This document shows positions 38,918-53,797 of a stretch of 64,000 bases of DNA, piece by piece. Numbering within the stretch: position 1 is the stretch's first letter; every line of letters begins with the position of its first letter. A program made the position numbers and the translations under genes. The DNA comes from Octopus sinensis (Eukaryota), in assembly GCF_006345805.1 (NCBI RefSeq), contig NC_043000.1, positions 121,644,001 to 121,708,000 of the forward strand, written 5' to 3'. The notes under the pieces were generated by a model. It saw only the letters and a program-made list of their open reading frames with translations. It was not told where the DNA came from and made no database searches.

Positions 38918-39312
38918 CTAGCAGTATCGCCCGGCGTTGCTTAGGTTTGTAAGGGAAATAACTATATAAGCATTTTTACAGAGTTATAGCCAAAAAATAA
39001 CAAAAAATGCATTAAAAATGGTAAAAAAATGATGGCAATATTTTTTTAATCGTTGATTCATCGTAGACATTTTTAGAGAGTTACTTCCCGTTTTTTAATA
39101 GCGAAAAAATGCATTAAAATGGAAAAAATAATGGTAATTTTTTTTTTAAATCGTAGACTCATCGTAGACGCGCGCTAATACCCAGAAGGGCTCGATATGA
39201 ATCACGACTATAAGATACCCGGTTTTGGTTAAACTGCACCGCAAAATGTGGGAGTAGTTAGGAATCTAAATCGTAGGAGACAGACACACAACTTGACTTT
39301 TATATATAAAGA
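38918..39312 (-). mobile_element. Non-autonomous Helitron (second internal type)
   Basis: 5' TCTTTATATATAAAAG, 3' GCAACGCCGGGCGATACTGCTAG, A|T site; last about 90 nt shared with 2995-3369. Confidence 0.85.
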
Positions 39313-39419
39313 TATATATCAGCGCGTGCATCCACCCTAGTGGATTCTTCAGATTATATTAATATATACGTATGTGTGTGTGAGTATGTGTGTATGCGTG
39401 CGCGCGTGTATGCATATTT

Positions 39420-39659
39420 GTTTTGCTTCAGTGATTTTACTCCGATCATGATGGAGCACAGCCTTTAGTCGAACAAATCGATCCCAGGACTTATTCTTTG
39501 TAAGTCTAGTACGTATTCTATCGATCACTATTGCTCAACCGCTAATGTTACGGTCACGCAAAAACGCCAACATCGTTTGTCAAGTGATGGTTGGGGAACA
39601 AACACAGACAAAAAATACATACATATATACATATATTTATACACACACACACACACACG

Positions 39660-39705
<46 letters not shown>

Positions 39706-39855
39706 ACGGGCTTCTTACACTTTCCTTCTGCCAAATCCACTCAGAATTCTCCGATCGGCCCGAGGCTATAGTAGAAAACACTTGCTCAAGATGCCACGCC
39801 GTGCCTTCGAACCCGGAACTATGTGGTTGAGAGGCAAGCTTCTTACCACGCAGCC
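39420..39855 (-). mobile_element. SINE family A (diverged)
   Basis: Colinear reverse copy. Confidence 0.85.
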
Positions 39856-40074
39856 AATATATATGTGTGTATGTGTGTGTGTGTGTGTGTGCGTGTGTGT
39901 GTTAATCGTGGCCACGACCTACTTAAAGGGTGGTAATTTATATCATGTTTTCATACATTGTCGTAGCACCTAGTATATCTAATAGCAGAACTAACCCCGC
40001 CCCATTGACCAAGCTGGGTATTAATGATTTCCGTAGTGGATGGGCTGTGAAGAAGGGGTCGCACAAGCACTTAC

Positions 40075-40127
40075 CTCTTACTCATTTTAAGGAGAGAAGA
40101 CAGAATGAAAGTCAAAGGAAGTAGCAT
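40075..40127 (-). CDS. Candidate first coding segment of an unidentified gene (MLLPLTFILSSLLKMSK-), within candidate exon 40075-40196
   Basis: Acceptor AATTTACTTTGCGCAG before 40196, donor AG|GTAAGT after 40075, two in-frame ATGs (40127, 40085). No homology recognised. Confidence 0.3.
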
Positions 40128-40532
40128 GTACAAGGACGGAGAAAACCAGTCGACCCATTAATTGATTCCAGAGCATTACGATCCAAACTCTATCCACTGC
40201 GCAAAGTAAATTGTCACTTACTTCACACACACATACAAGCACATGCGCACACACAAGCGCCCATGTACACACACACACGTACTCACACACAAAAACATAC
40301 ACACGCTTACACTCACAGACACACTGACTCTTTCTCTCTCTCTTTCTCTCACAACAAATATATACATATATATATATTACTGCATATTACCTTCTTCGAA
40401 TGCGTTAAACTATGGGATACGCTTCTTTGTGGCATGAATGCATATATGAGTATATATACATCATTACACACATGTAGGAGCATGGTTACGTATAAGCACA
40501 TCGATTGAACCGCCCCCCACACATACACGCTC

Positions 40533-40621
<89 letters not shown>

Positions 40622-40699
40622 ATATATATATATGTATGAAAATATTAAGTGCTCTATATATTAATATATATATATATATATATATACTTTCTCTCGCAC

Positions 40700-40736
<37 letters not shown>

Positions 40737-41052
40737 GTATGTATATAAATATATATATCTATATATAATCGAAATAGACAGATATCCTTGTTGCTTATTT
40801 TGATTTTAATCACGTTATTTTGAAATTGTCTGGATAATAGCGCACTAAATTCTGGTGTCTCAACTTTAGTACCATATTCATCTGCAACTAAATATATATA
40901 TATATATATGTATATATATTTAGCTAGCTAGCTAGCTACTTAGATAGATAGATAAATTGATAGAGTATAGGCATGTGTGTGTATGTAACTATTAAATAAT
41001 ATGTGATAAATTGTAATATATATGTATCCACATATGTGTATATATATGTATA

Positions 41053-41090
<38 letters not shown>

Positions 41091-41695
41091 TATATATATA
41101 TGTGTGTGTGTGGTGTGTGTGTGTGTGTGTGTGTGTAATAAGTATATGTATCTTTATATATATCAATATATATATATATATATATATAGGAGAGAGAGAG
41201 AGAGAGAGAGAGAATATGTATGTCTATATGTATATAGATAAAATCTCATACATATATATCTCTGTGTTTATATACATATACCGATATATATATATGTTGT
41301 CTGTGTGTGCGTGGGTACATATGTGTCTCAATCTATATAATTATATGCAAACATAAAATATATGATCGGCAGTATAAGAGCAAAATGCTGGCGACAGAAT
41401 ATTAATTATTTATTTTAGCTCTCAACATACAGTAAAACACGTAGACGGTTTTATAATGTACATTTATATTATATCATCGTGTATATATTTTTACGTATTA
41501 TGATGAATATATTCGTTGTATCGTACTACTATGCTTACAAACAGAAGAACAGCAGACCAACTTATTCCTGTACAAATAACCAAACTTACATGCGTATATG
41601 ATTATGCTCGTGCAGACACACATTCATGTACACGCACAAACATATATATACATATATATATATATGTATGTATATATATATATGTATATATAGAA

Positions 41696-41730
<35 letters not shown>

Positions 41731-42035
41731 AATAGAGATGGATTGAGATATTGCCATATCTATACATACATTCGCATAACGCCACATATACACATACGCA
41801 AACTCAAATATACATGTGTGTGTGTGTGTGCTTATATTAATGTGTGTGTTTGTGTGTCTTTCAGTATGTGGACACACACACCCACATAAATATATACACA
41901 CATATAGAACAATATATTCCATTACATGTATATATTTATATATACACTTACACACACGTTTTTGCATATATATGTGTGTGTATATATACAAATGTATGTA
42001 TATATATATATATAATATATATATATATTATATAT

Positions 42036-42136
<101 letters not shown>

Positions 42137-42333
42137 TATATGTATATATACACACATATATATATATCACCTACTTTACTTACTCTTTCTCTTCTTTGAG
42201 TTATTAAAAGCGTAATTAATATATCAACCAATTTCTTACTTGCTTACCCACTGTACTTCACACGAATCGATTTTTCCTTGTGATAAACACATTATCGATT
42301 TGGTATCAGCTTAGCCGACCTATCAGAGCGCAT

Positions 42334-42347
42334 GTTGCCATGGTAAC
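42334..42347. promoter_or_regulatory. RFX X-box motif GTTGCCATGGTAAC
   Basis: Full match to GTNRCC-N2-RGYAAC in a non-repetitive island; minus-strand donor GG|GTAAGC at 42248/42247. Confidence 0.5.
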
Positions 42348-42835
42348 CGAACATACTTTCAGTAAAAACGAAATAAATAATAAGATAAAATCAAAATAAA
42401 TCCAGCCTATGTAGAAATTCTAAAGATTCAGCATAAACCTCCAGTTCATTAAGCTATTTTCGTGTAAGAAAAAACACATACGTGAGTAAAGGTAGAATAT
42501 TAAAAAAGAAAAATAGTAGAAATTATGTATTAATGTCTGAAATAATGTGTAGAATATGTCTGATTATTAGGCAGATATGGTGTGTTAATGAGATGTATTT
42601 TTACACAGAGGAAATTTAGGTTGCTTTCTAACATATTCGTCTGGCAATGAGACATATTAAAACTTGAGAAGAGAATGAAAGATATTTTACAAGGGGTTAA
42701 TACTTTTGCGAGATTATCTTGATAACTTCTGCATTGTTAATTAAAAAAAAAACACAGCAAATTTAGTCATACAGCTACGCACAAACAACACATACGTATA
42801 TGTATATGTGTATGTATGTATATATAATATATATG

Positions 42836-42870
<35 letters not shown>

Positions 42871-43243
42871 ATATATATATATAAGTATATTTATATATAT
42901 ATATATATGTATATATGTATATATATATGTATATATATATATATGTGTATATATATATAAATATAATATTTTATATACCTATATACACGCATGCCCATCT
43001 CTCTCTCACACACACATGTGGATATATGCAAATAAATTTATATACTTACATTTCTTTACATACGTGTATGCAAATAAGTGTATACGTTATACAGGTGTGT
43101 ATGCGTTTGTATGTGTGTATGCGTTTGTGTGTGTGTGTGTATGTACGTACTACATGTATTAGCATGTAACTATACACACATATCTATATATACACAAGCA
43201 TATACATATATGTATATATGTATACATATACACACATACACCC

Positions 43244-43278
<35 letters not shown>

Positions 43279-43769
43279 CATACACATATTTATACACTTT
43301 TAATGAAGTAGTGTGCTTTACTCCGAAACGCACTAATAGAATTTATTTTCAGAGAGAAATATTTACTGAGGATGCTGGGAATCCACAAACAATGAAGGAC
43401 GTGCTTCAGCTACGTTCATTTCGCTGATTGAAAAGTTTAAAATTTAAAAGAAAGAAACGACCTTTACGTTTGTTTATGTACCTCTGACGCTGCTAAATTC
43501 CCACTTTATCTCCTCTCGGCTTGAGATCATAATCGTACATTAGCCCTGTGCACAAGCAGTATACAACTACGGATAAAAAAGTTTTCGTTCGCTCAGTTGT
43601 ATAAGTCATACGCAACATGGAACACCATTCTGCATACCTTTTTATTAGCAAATCTTCACTCTGCTATTGCTCCTTAATCCTAATAACAGCTATGAAGATT
43701 GTTTTCGTTGACAACGTTCATTTTCGGCAGTCACCGTACACTAGACTCCCTTTGCTTCATATATCGCCA

Positions 43770-44060
43770 TGATCACCGTGACCGACTAGGCTATCAGGGT
43801 TGCTACACATCGCTGGTCACAATGCGCTTCACATTGTTTTAGCCTTCAAATGACACAACCCCGCTGTCTAAGCTAGCAGGCTAGCAGAAGAAAGAGTGAG
43901 AGAAAGTTGTGGCGAAAGAGTACAGCAGGTATCGTTACACCCACCCCTGCCGGAAGCTCGTGGAGCTTTAGGTGTTTTTGCTCAATAAACATTCACAACG
44001 CCCTCACTGGGAATCGAAACCGCGAGTCCGCTGCCCTAACCACTGGGCCATTGCGCCTCC
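43770..44060 (-). mobile_element. SINE family C, alternative tail
   Basis: Reverse copy of the 30511 type. Confidence 0.85.
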
Positions 44061-44394
44061 ACTTGCCTCATATACATCTATCTGAAAATCCTACGGGTTA
44101 AAGTGGATATCAAATATTACCCGCCTAAGCTATTCCCCAACCAATCAATAATCAATTTCGGGCTGAACTCAGACTATTTCTTACGGCAAATCTTTGCTTC
44201 ATAATTGCCATCAGCATTTGGAACCTGAAAGCTTGCTTCAAATGCAATTTCATTTTGTAGCCATTAACTTACCCACGTATCAGAATCTTCGTTTTTCTTT
44301 CTTTTTGTTCGTATGTATTCACTTTTGCCTTCTTTGAGCAAAAATGGCAGAATACAGCTTAACATTGTTTTTTTTTTTTTTTTTTTTTTTTTAG

Positions 44395-44498
44395 GTGACG
44401 AACACGCTAGCAGACGACTCCAACAATGTGTTACGTCCACAATGATAAAACTCTGCATTAGTACTCAAGAATCCTCATCACTGCTGGGCGGGAAGAAG
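44395..44498 (+). other. Candidate plus-strand exon
   Basis: Poly-T tract + AG acceptor, AAG|GTAATG donor; one open frame; no recognisable product. Confidence 0.3.
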
Positions 44499-44824
44499 GT
44501 AATGTTCTAAGGAAAGTTTTCTTTCCCGGCGATGCTTCCATTTCGTAACATCTATTTTCCAAAAGATTATTTTGCTGGCACTGCGCATTCACTCCCTAAA
44601 ACCGCTACTTATGCCATAAGTTCTTACGTTTCCGTAATAAAAAATTCTTTGGGCAAAATTCCTCGACGGCCTTAATTACTATGCCTAATTATCCACATGC
44701 AACAATTCTCCCCTACTCACTTCTGAATCTTTCGCAAGACTCCTTGTAACTAGAAATGAAATTTCAACGGCCTCATATTCTAGCGGATGGGTAGTCTTTT
44801 TTCTTTTCGAAATTAAACATCACT

Positions 44825-44987
44825 AGGCGTAGTACTGGCTGGGAGGTAAGGAGCTTGCTTACGAACCACATGGTTCCGGGTTCAATCCCACTGCGTGGCA
44901 CCTTGGGCAAGTGACTTTTGCTATAGCCTTGGGCCGACCAAAGCCTTGTGAGTGGATTTGGTAAACGAAAACTGAAAGAAGGCCGTC

Positions 44988-45025
<38 letters not shown>

Positions 45026-45117
45026 TTGTGTGTGTGTAAGTCTTTGTGTATCAGTGTAAGTCTTTGTGTATCAGTGTTTGGCCCCCCAACGTCGCTTGAC
45101 AATCGATAATGGTGTGG
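44825..45117 (+). mobile_element. SINE family A, 3'-truncated
   Basis: Head, core and microsatellite present. Confidence 0.85.
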
Positions 45118-45824
45118 CACACGTTTTCATTATCTACTTTTCTTCCAGTCCCATTTCATAACACAGGATTGTTATTCATGACAATCTTAGAGAAAAGGAA
45201 CGTGATAATAAACATCACCTTCAATATCCTTACATATACATAATTGTAATTGGGAGCCAATCTCGTTGGAGTTTGAACTCAATGACGCTCCCAATATCTG
45301 ACACTCAAAATGTATATTCGGAGAGTTCACGATTACTTCAAATGCATTTCTGATTTACAAATGCATAATTTGATAACGAAAAATATATTGCCACCTTGTT
45401 TCTCTGATGTCCTTTGTTCCGTTTGAGAAGTAGTCTCTACCCGCTTAAATATTTAATACTATCAATCAATCAATTAACCACTTATAAACTCAATCAGCTT
45501 TTGAAGTAACAAATCTAATCGTATACCAACTACCAACGTGTCTCTCATCTACTTTCTATCAGTCTCTCTCTCTCATTCTTTATATATGTATATATATATA
45601 TATATTCATATATGCATGTATATATACATATATATATATAAATATAAATTCATATATACATATATATAAATATATATATAAATATATATATATACACTAT
45701 ATACAAACATATACAGCTACATATATATTCATATATATATATATACATAAATGCATATGTGTGTGTGTACGTAAGTGAGTTTGTATGTGTGTATCCATGT
45801 ATATAACTGATAATGCTTTCGTTA

Positions 45825-46050
45825 GAATGGCGCGTGTTCCAGTTGATGCTATCAATGGAACATTCTGCACGTTAGATTAACGCCAAAGTCACCGAGCGCT
45901 CCACCGGCATACGTACACGCAGAGAGATTCGGCGTGACAAAGAATGTGACAAAGCCGGCCATATGGAATACATGTGCTACTCATTTTTGCAAGATTATTG
46001 GACTGAAGCAACGCGAAATATAATAACTTACTCAAGTGCACAGCCCAAGG
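45825..46050 (-). mobile_element. SINE family D (diverged)
   Basis: Homologous to 17683-17945. Confidence 0.65.
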
Positions 46051-47727
46051 CGGAGAATGGAAGCCAAGTCCTTACGATCATGAGCCACTAAGTTACGCGC
46101 CTTCGCACGCGTAGACACGCGTACATATACACATACACGCCGACACACACACAAACGCACACACGCACACACGCATATATATACACATTTATATTTACAT
46201 GGAATATAAGCATTATAGAGAAATATGAGCAAGGTTTATAATTACTTAACTCAACAGCCGTGTGAGAAACCTCGGAGCCACGTGATAATCATAATAGCCA
46301 TAATTTACAGTTGGAATATACCAGAAAGGCGTGCGTATTCAAACATTAAAGAGTAACACAGAGGTATTATCAGAAGCCTGGTCATTCTTATATGAAGATT
46401 GGTAAAAGCAGTTGATATGTTAGTTCCAGATATTTAAAAGTTTGAACGAAGAGAGGAAAGAGTTGAGGAACGAATAGTAGTGATAGGGAGGAGGACTTCT
46501 GAGACGAGGGAATGAACACAGACATAGAAGGAAAAAAGGAGAGGAAAAAGGAAGAATGTTGAAGTCAGTGTGTTGGAAGCTAACGCCACATGTGATCAAC
46601 GTATTCTACCTAACAAGGCTCTATATAAGGCTTTTAGGGGACCATGCAACAAAAAAGTAAATTGGGGATCCACTATGGTATTTGAAGGACCCTATAAAAA
46701 ATTTGCTTGGCATGTATTTTTTGCAAGAAGCAGTTGAGTTGCTTTCTCAGACGTTTCTCATAGTTCAAAGTTATACCCGTTAATGTGTGAATAACAAAAT
46801 AGGAATTTTGGAATAAGTTTCTATAAAACTAGTTTTTAAATATCGAATGGCTACGGGTGGATCCACCAAAGAAAATAGTAATCAAAGGGATTCATAGATA
46901 AGAAATGGTTGAGAATCCCTGGTTAGATTCTAAGCAGACAATAAATCAGTTACTGATGGCAGACGACCGGACAGTTTGATACGTAGAGATAAAATAATGG
47001 AGGAGAATAGTAAAAATGCGGGTTGCGAAAGAAGAAGCTTTATGGTAAAATGAGAAAAAGAGAAATAAAATGGTTGCAAGCGTAGCTAAACATCTGAACT
47101 ATAATTAGCTGAAATCCTAAAGATATTACGTAAAGAGCAAAATAAATATACAGGGCACAAACAAAATAACAGCCGCACGGCTCTGTGGCAACAAAAGACA
47201 TGTGTATAAGTAACACAATGGAAACTATCCTATAGGAATTGATACGGAAAGTGAAGAAATGCAAAGGCAGAACGAAAGGTGTAAAAAGCGATCGGTGATG
47301 GAAACGAACTCGGTGTTGGAAGTAAAGAAGAAAGTCAGGCGATGAGAGAAGCGTGGTGTAGCAAGTCAGCGTATAAGCGGGAAAAAAAGGGAAGTTGGGC
47401 TGAGAATGGGCACAGGTCACATGTCAGTGCTGGAGCGGGGCGAAAAGGATCGGTGGAGGGCAGAGACACAGAATGCAGCAGAGAGATAAGGCGGCGGGAG
47501 AGGGAGAGAAGAATAAGAGAAAATACAAGAAAAAGAAGAAGGAGGAGGAGGAGAAGCTGAGGAAGAAGGAAAAGAAGACGAAAAAAGGGGAGGAGGAGGA
47601 GGAGGAAGCGACGTTGTGCAAGTTAATTCATGGTATAAAATGAGTGCATAGCGTTATATGAAATAATATGATTCAGAAATCAAACAGATGCACGGCCAGA
47701 GAATGAGCGGATAATTTTCACACGAAG

Positions 47728-47868
47728 GCGGCGACCTGGCAGAAACGTTAGCACGCCGGGTGAAATGCTGAGCGGTATTGCGTCTGCCGTTACGTTCTGA
47801 GTTCGATATAATCGACTGGCTGCCTCCCCCAAAACTTCGGGCCATGTACCTAGAGTAGAAAAGAATAA
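47728..47868 (+). mobile_element. SINE family B with internal deletion
   Basis: Head joins directly to GATATAATCGAC and the short tail. Confidence 0.8.
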
Positions 47869-47930
47869 TTCACAGACGAGGCATGGAGATGCTTTTATGT
47901 TTGTGTGTATTTGTATACATACATACAGGT

Positions 47931-47983
<53 letters not shown>

Positions 47984-48152
47984 ATATATATATATATACC
48001 TATTTTTTTAATCTTCGTCTTTCAAATTTCTTGTTGCTCTTTTTATGTTCAAAGTAAAGCGTCTGTTGAAAACAAGCGGTAAACCAAACGATTCTGCATC
48101 AAAATATATTCTTATATATCAGCATTTTGTATGCCTACATAAACCCACCCAT

Positions 48153-48245
<93 letters not shown>

Positions 48246-48866
48246 GTGTATGCCTGATTTTTTATTGTTAAATTAATAAACTAATGTGTTCTACATCTAA
48301 TATCAGAAATATTAAGTCGGCGCCGACGTGACTTTGGATTCGTATTAGATATAAGTATTGACATGTTCCCGATGCTTACAAAGCAGATTCAGCGGGATTT
48401 TTAGACAAAATATAAGGTAAGAAGAAAAAAGTAAGAAATATATTGTGATTATTTTTACATAGAAATATTCTGCGCAAATTATTTTACAGAGTAATTCCTT
48501 CTGCAAACGTAAATCATATACTCCTAAAAAAAAGTCTACTTTACATTTATCGCTTCACATAATTAGGAATCAACGTTGTGATGAAGCGACATATATACCT
48601 GTCAGATAAAATCCGTTTGTTCCACTTTCATGTTAGTGAGGTTAAGCATATTAAGCACCGTAGACAAAGCATGTGCACAAACACGCACGCATATATACAA
48701 GAACATCGATAGTGACATAGAGAGACAGAGTGGGAAACAGTAAGGTACAGGTAAGTGTGAGTATGTGAGTAAGTATGTGTAGAATCGCATCTGTTGTCTT
48801 CAGTTTTGCTGGAATGCAATATGTTGCATTCCAGCAAATGATCGCGAGTCAAAATATCCAGGTCAT

Positions 48867-49029
48867 AGGCACAGGAGTGGTTATGTGGTAAATAGCTTGC
48901 TTACCAACCACATGCTTCCGGGGTCGGTCCCACTGCGTGGAACCTTAGACAAGTGTTTTCTGCTATAGCCTCGGGCCGACCAAAGCCTTGTGAGTGGATT
49001 TGGTAGACGGATACTGAAATAAGCCTGTC

Positions 49030-49078
<49 letters not shown>

Positions 49079-49167
49079 TATACATGTTTGTGTGTCTGTT
49101 TGTCTCTATAACATCGCTTGTCAACCGCTGCTGGTGTGTTTATGACCCGTAACGTAGCGCTTCGGCC
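48867..49167 (+). mobile_element. SINE family A, 3'-truncated
   Basis: Colinear copy. Confidence 0.85.
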
Positions 49168-49623
49168 ATCCCAATATGTGTGCCGTGTGTGTGTGCATAT
49201 ATATAAGTTAGATGCAAGAAACTTGAGAAAATATAAATATAATTGTATACTTTGAGTTGCCCATTGAATGACTGTCCAAATGTATTGTCGCTCCGTTTGT
49301 GTCTAAATGTGATACTGTGTTTAGCAATCTCCTGATAATAAATGTTGACAGCGTCTGCAAAACGATAAACCAAAATTTACTTTTAATTGTTGTTATATGT
49401 GTTATATAAGATCCATTATACATACTTAGTTATAAATTATAATTTATTAATACAATCGTTATGAAAACAAGTCCTGCACGATTGTGAAAAAATCGAAAAT
49501 TCTTTTAAGTTGACTTACGTTTCATATAATTCGTAGTTTTGTCGGATTGATAAATAGAAGTGGGTGATCCCTCGTTATCCTTTCAACTAATATGGAACTA
49601 GGTGTACTATTCTCATTTCTCAG

Positions 49624-49665
49624 GGCTAAAAGAACTGTCTAATTGGCATTATTTTTCTTCAAACG
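49624..49665 (+). other. Candidate 42-nt plus-strand exon
   Basis: ATTCTCATTTCTCAG acceptor, CG|GTGAGT donor; one open frame (LKELSNWHYFSSN). Confidence 0.3.
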
Positions 49666-49878
49666 GTGAGTATTATGCCACATTCACTTGTAGCGTGAAT
49701 CGGGATACATTTAGAATTAAGTCGGTGTGCCGACATACAGTTCTAAGTGGAATAGATAGATAGGAAGATTGATAGATAAGTAGATAGAGAGATAGGAATA
49801 TTGTTAGATACATATATGAATAGGTAGGCACGTATGCACAAACACATACATACATACATACATACATACATACATACA

Positions 49879-49909
<31 letters not shown>

Positions 49910-50582
49910 GTATGTATATTTACAGGGTTAATATTGACAGTGTATTCAAAGTATCAGTTACTAACCATCAGCAGACTGTAACTTAGGCTTCTTTCCGAAG
50001 AGTGTGAATTATTCGTAGGGAAATTATTTAGAATTATTTAAATTTGTAACTCGAAAACCACCAACAATGAAGATCAATCACTCACGCCGAATTTAACTAA
50101 ACCAATTTGGTGCCAAAGGAACACCAACTCTATTTGTCAAATACCTTAACCTATTTTATTCCAAAGCCATTATTGTTCTTGTTATAAACCAATTATAATT
50201 TCAAATGATGGTTTAATAACAATTTCTATGACAACTGCATCTACCATATAGTTTTCATTATACATTACTGTTTATGAATTCTAAATAAATTCTAGAATCT
50301 TTTCTCTCCGCATTTTATCCATATTTTATATTATACACCTGTTAAATGAGTAAATTGTCAAGATGTTTTTTAGACGCTACCTTTATGGTTTCAACAGAAC
50401 GTTATGTAGGTAAAAGTTCATACATAATGTTAGTCGTTCTTTGAAAACAGAGAACTTTGGATATAAAACATACTTTGAATCCAATAGATAATATTTGATT
50501 CCTCTTTGTCGTCTGCATTATATTTCGTTTGAATGTATTTACACAGAAACATTACAATAACATATGATAAGCTTATATATAT

Positions 50583-50689
<107 letters not shown>

Positions 50690-50699
50690 TATATATACA

Positions 50700-51065
50700 T
50701 TTATTTGTTTCAGTCATTTCACTACGGCCATACGACCACACCGCCTTTAATCGAACTATTAACCCCACGGCTTATTTATTGTAAGCCTAGTACTTTTATT
50801 TGTCTCTTTTGCAGAACCGCTAAGCTACGGGGGATGTAAACATACCAACACGCCAACGGTTACCAAGTGATGGTGGGGGAAAACACAGACACGCAAACAT
50901 ATACGTATATATAGGGCGGGTTTCCTTCAGTTTCCGTCTACCGAATCCACTGACAAAGCCTTGGTCGGCCCGAGCCTATAGTAGAAGACACTTGTCCAGG
51001 TTACCACGCAGTGGGACTGAACCCAGAACCATGTGGTTGGGAAGCAAGCTTCTTCCCACACAGAC
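50700..51065 (-). mobile_element. SINE family A
   Basis: Reverse copy. Confidence 0.85.
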
Positions 51066-51129
51066 ATGACAGAAGGAAATAGACAGACTTATAATCAATA
51101 AAATTTTAATTAAACCTGAAATTATACAT

Positions 51130-51880
51130 TCAAATTATTTATTAATAATTACAATATGAATATATAATGTTCAGTACACGTTCCCTTTACATTTTTCAAT
51201 TCTATGGTCCTATAATGCATGCTACTGATCAGGTGAAGACTATTCTCTTGAACAATTTTTGGCCAAGTTTCAGGCAATAATCTCACACCATCAGGATTTG
51301 AGGAGGCTTTTTTCTTCTTTTTACGAACTTTCCTCTCAATTATGCCCCAAAGGTGTTCAATAGCCTTCATATTCGGTGACTGGCTTGGCGACGGAAGATT
51401 TTGAATGACATTTCTATCCAACATACATTTAGCCGTGTGACAAAGAGCGCCATCTCCCATAAACAAGGAAGCTTTAATCATTTCACCACTGCAATTACAC
51501 TTTTTGCAATATGGACACATATTTATCTGAGTTTATGTTTCACTCACACTCCACCAGGTCTGATGAACCATTGCTCATAATTGCTCCCCAGACCATCACA
51601 GTATAGCTCCATTTTATTTTGGCTGCTCTCTTTTCATGACAAATTCTTGATCAGAGAATCTCCAGACTCGATCACTGTCAGAACATACAGCAAATCTGAA
51701 CTCATCTCCATAGCTGATAAGTGCAGCCGTTGCATGAAAACCATAATTCACAGAACTAAACATACGACGTCTCCCCGAAAGAGAATGTATATAAAGTTCT
51801 GTCACTAGTATTTGAGAGTATATTTCAAATGTCTTCATTTTGGCGCGCTGAAGCCGGACAGAACTTCGCTCTTAATAAAT
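51130..51880 (-). pseudogene. Tc1-family (DD34E) transposase remnant
   Basis: GDEFRF (DESRF-like), VMVWGAI, MGDGALCHTA, PSQSPNMKAIEHLWGIIERKV; frameshifts and stops; TIRs not seen. Confidence 0.85.
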
Positions 51881-52008
51881 TTACGCAGCGTTACAGAACA
51901 TGGTTATTAAAAGTTAAATAAGGGTAGATATCTTCGGATTTATTAAGTATGTTAGGCCACTGGATTAAATTGATATAAATTAACTAATATTAATTTCTAC
52001 CTTATTGT

Positions 52009-52085
<77 letters not shown>

Positions 52086-52884
52086 ATATATGTATATACA
52101 TATATATTTACTTCTATCGACAGATAGATACACACACTCACATATACACATATATACATATATATATATATACATACGTATATATATACACATATATGCA
52201 TATATCTCATATATATACATACATGTATATAAATATATATATACATATATATATATATGCATTTATATATATATGTAAACATATATGTGTATATATATAT
52301 GTATATTTAAGCATGTATAAATGTATGTACATATGCATATAAATGTGTATCTATCTATCGGTCTATGTATCTCTCACTATATATACGTATATACGTAAAT
52401 AGCACACACGTTTTTACAGTTGCAAAAATACTATGCTTTGCGTATCATTTTATTGAAACAATCAATTAATTCTCGCTTCTGTTTAAACGATCAATATATG
52501 AAAATTATGGGGTTATTAATAGATCTGACAAATCTGTAATGGTGGCTGCTTGCCATTGCCTTCAGCAGGTAGATTAATGACGCTTACTGCTCTCCTTTCT
52601 TTTATTTTATATTCTATTATTTAAGCCTGTAAACATTCTAGAAACGCTTAGTCTATTCACTCATTCCGATTTTACAATGCACCTCACGCCTCATCTCGAC
52701 GCGGTAGCCGCTATAATCTCTCATCGTCTTTATTGCTTTCTCTTTCTCATTTGTTTGTCTCCTCCGTTAATGTACTGTGTTTGTTTGCGCACGCACGCAT
52801 ACACTGACAACGACACGTTTTTACGCACATATATATACACACATACACACATACACACACATATATATCTATATATCTATCTAT

Positions 52885-52969
<85 letters not shown>

Positions 52970-53167
52970 GTTAATCCAAACATAAACAAAGAGAAGACAC
53001 AACAACGCGAGGACGTGGGACAAGTGTAGTGTTATTGGACGCTAGCGAAAGGAAAGAAAGAAGGAGGATTTAACGTTTCGGTCGGAGCTCTTCGTCAGAA
53101 ACATAGAAAATAGAAAGGTCCAAGGAAAGGAAGACGCAGACAGAAAATCGCCAACGATACACACGCG
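52970..53167 (-). mobile_element. About 200-bp (TA)n-embedded cassette with degenerate minimal hammerhead motif
   Basis: Minus strand 53104-53066: ATGTTT-CTGACGA-A-GAGCTCCGACC-GAAACGTT-AAATCC. Confidence 0.5.
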
Positions 53168-53762
53168 ATATATATATGTATATATGTATGCGTACGTATA
53201 TATATATATTTATATAATACATCCTATTATATCTATGTATAATATGAATGTCTATGATACTTGTAGATATTTTCACGCTCCAAAAGATATGTTGTAATTG
53301 GGAACAGTGTAAATGGTAGAAAACCTTTACTAAAATACTACGTGGTTTAATGCACAACTATTTAGAACATAAGAATGGAAACTAAAGCCGAATGCCAGTA
53401 TGACAGCTTAAGATACCTGTAAGGTGTTTATGGTATATGGTTTAAGCATTTCGATGGGAAATTTCGAACAGATATTGGCATACATACATGCATGCAATAA
53501 TCCATACTTATCTAAGCATTTATATGTGATGTATCACTGTCTGTCTATTTATGTGTGTGAGTGCGTGCGTTCCAGTGTGTGTGTGTGTGTGTGTGTATCT
53601 TTGTATGTGTTGAAATATGGATTCCGTAGCAAATAAGCCTAGAAATGCTAGCTGTACATAGCGAGTTAAAAACTAGTTCGGATAAAAGTCGAAGACTGTC
53701 AGCCAGCACATGGATACACACACACATACACATACACACACACATACACAACACGCACACAG

Positions 53763-53797
<35 letters not shown>

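Noticed and set aside
42540-42720. Tc1-like terminal sequence AAGGGGTTAATACTTTTGCG
   Set aside because: Short similarity from memory; no partner TIR or ORF.
46620-46921. hAT-type MITE ending GGTTGAGAATCCCTG
   Set aside because: Only one terminus is recognisable; no matching TIR or TSD.
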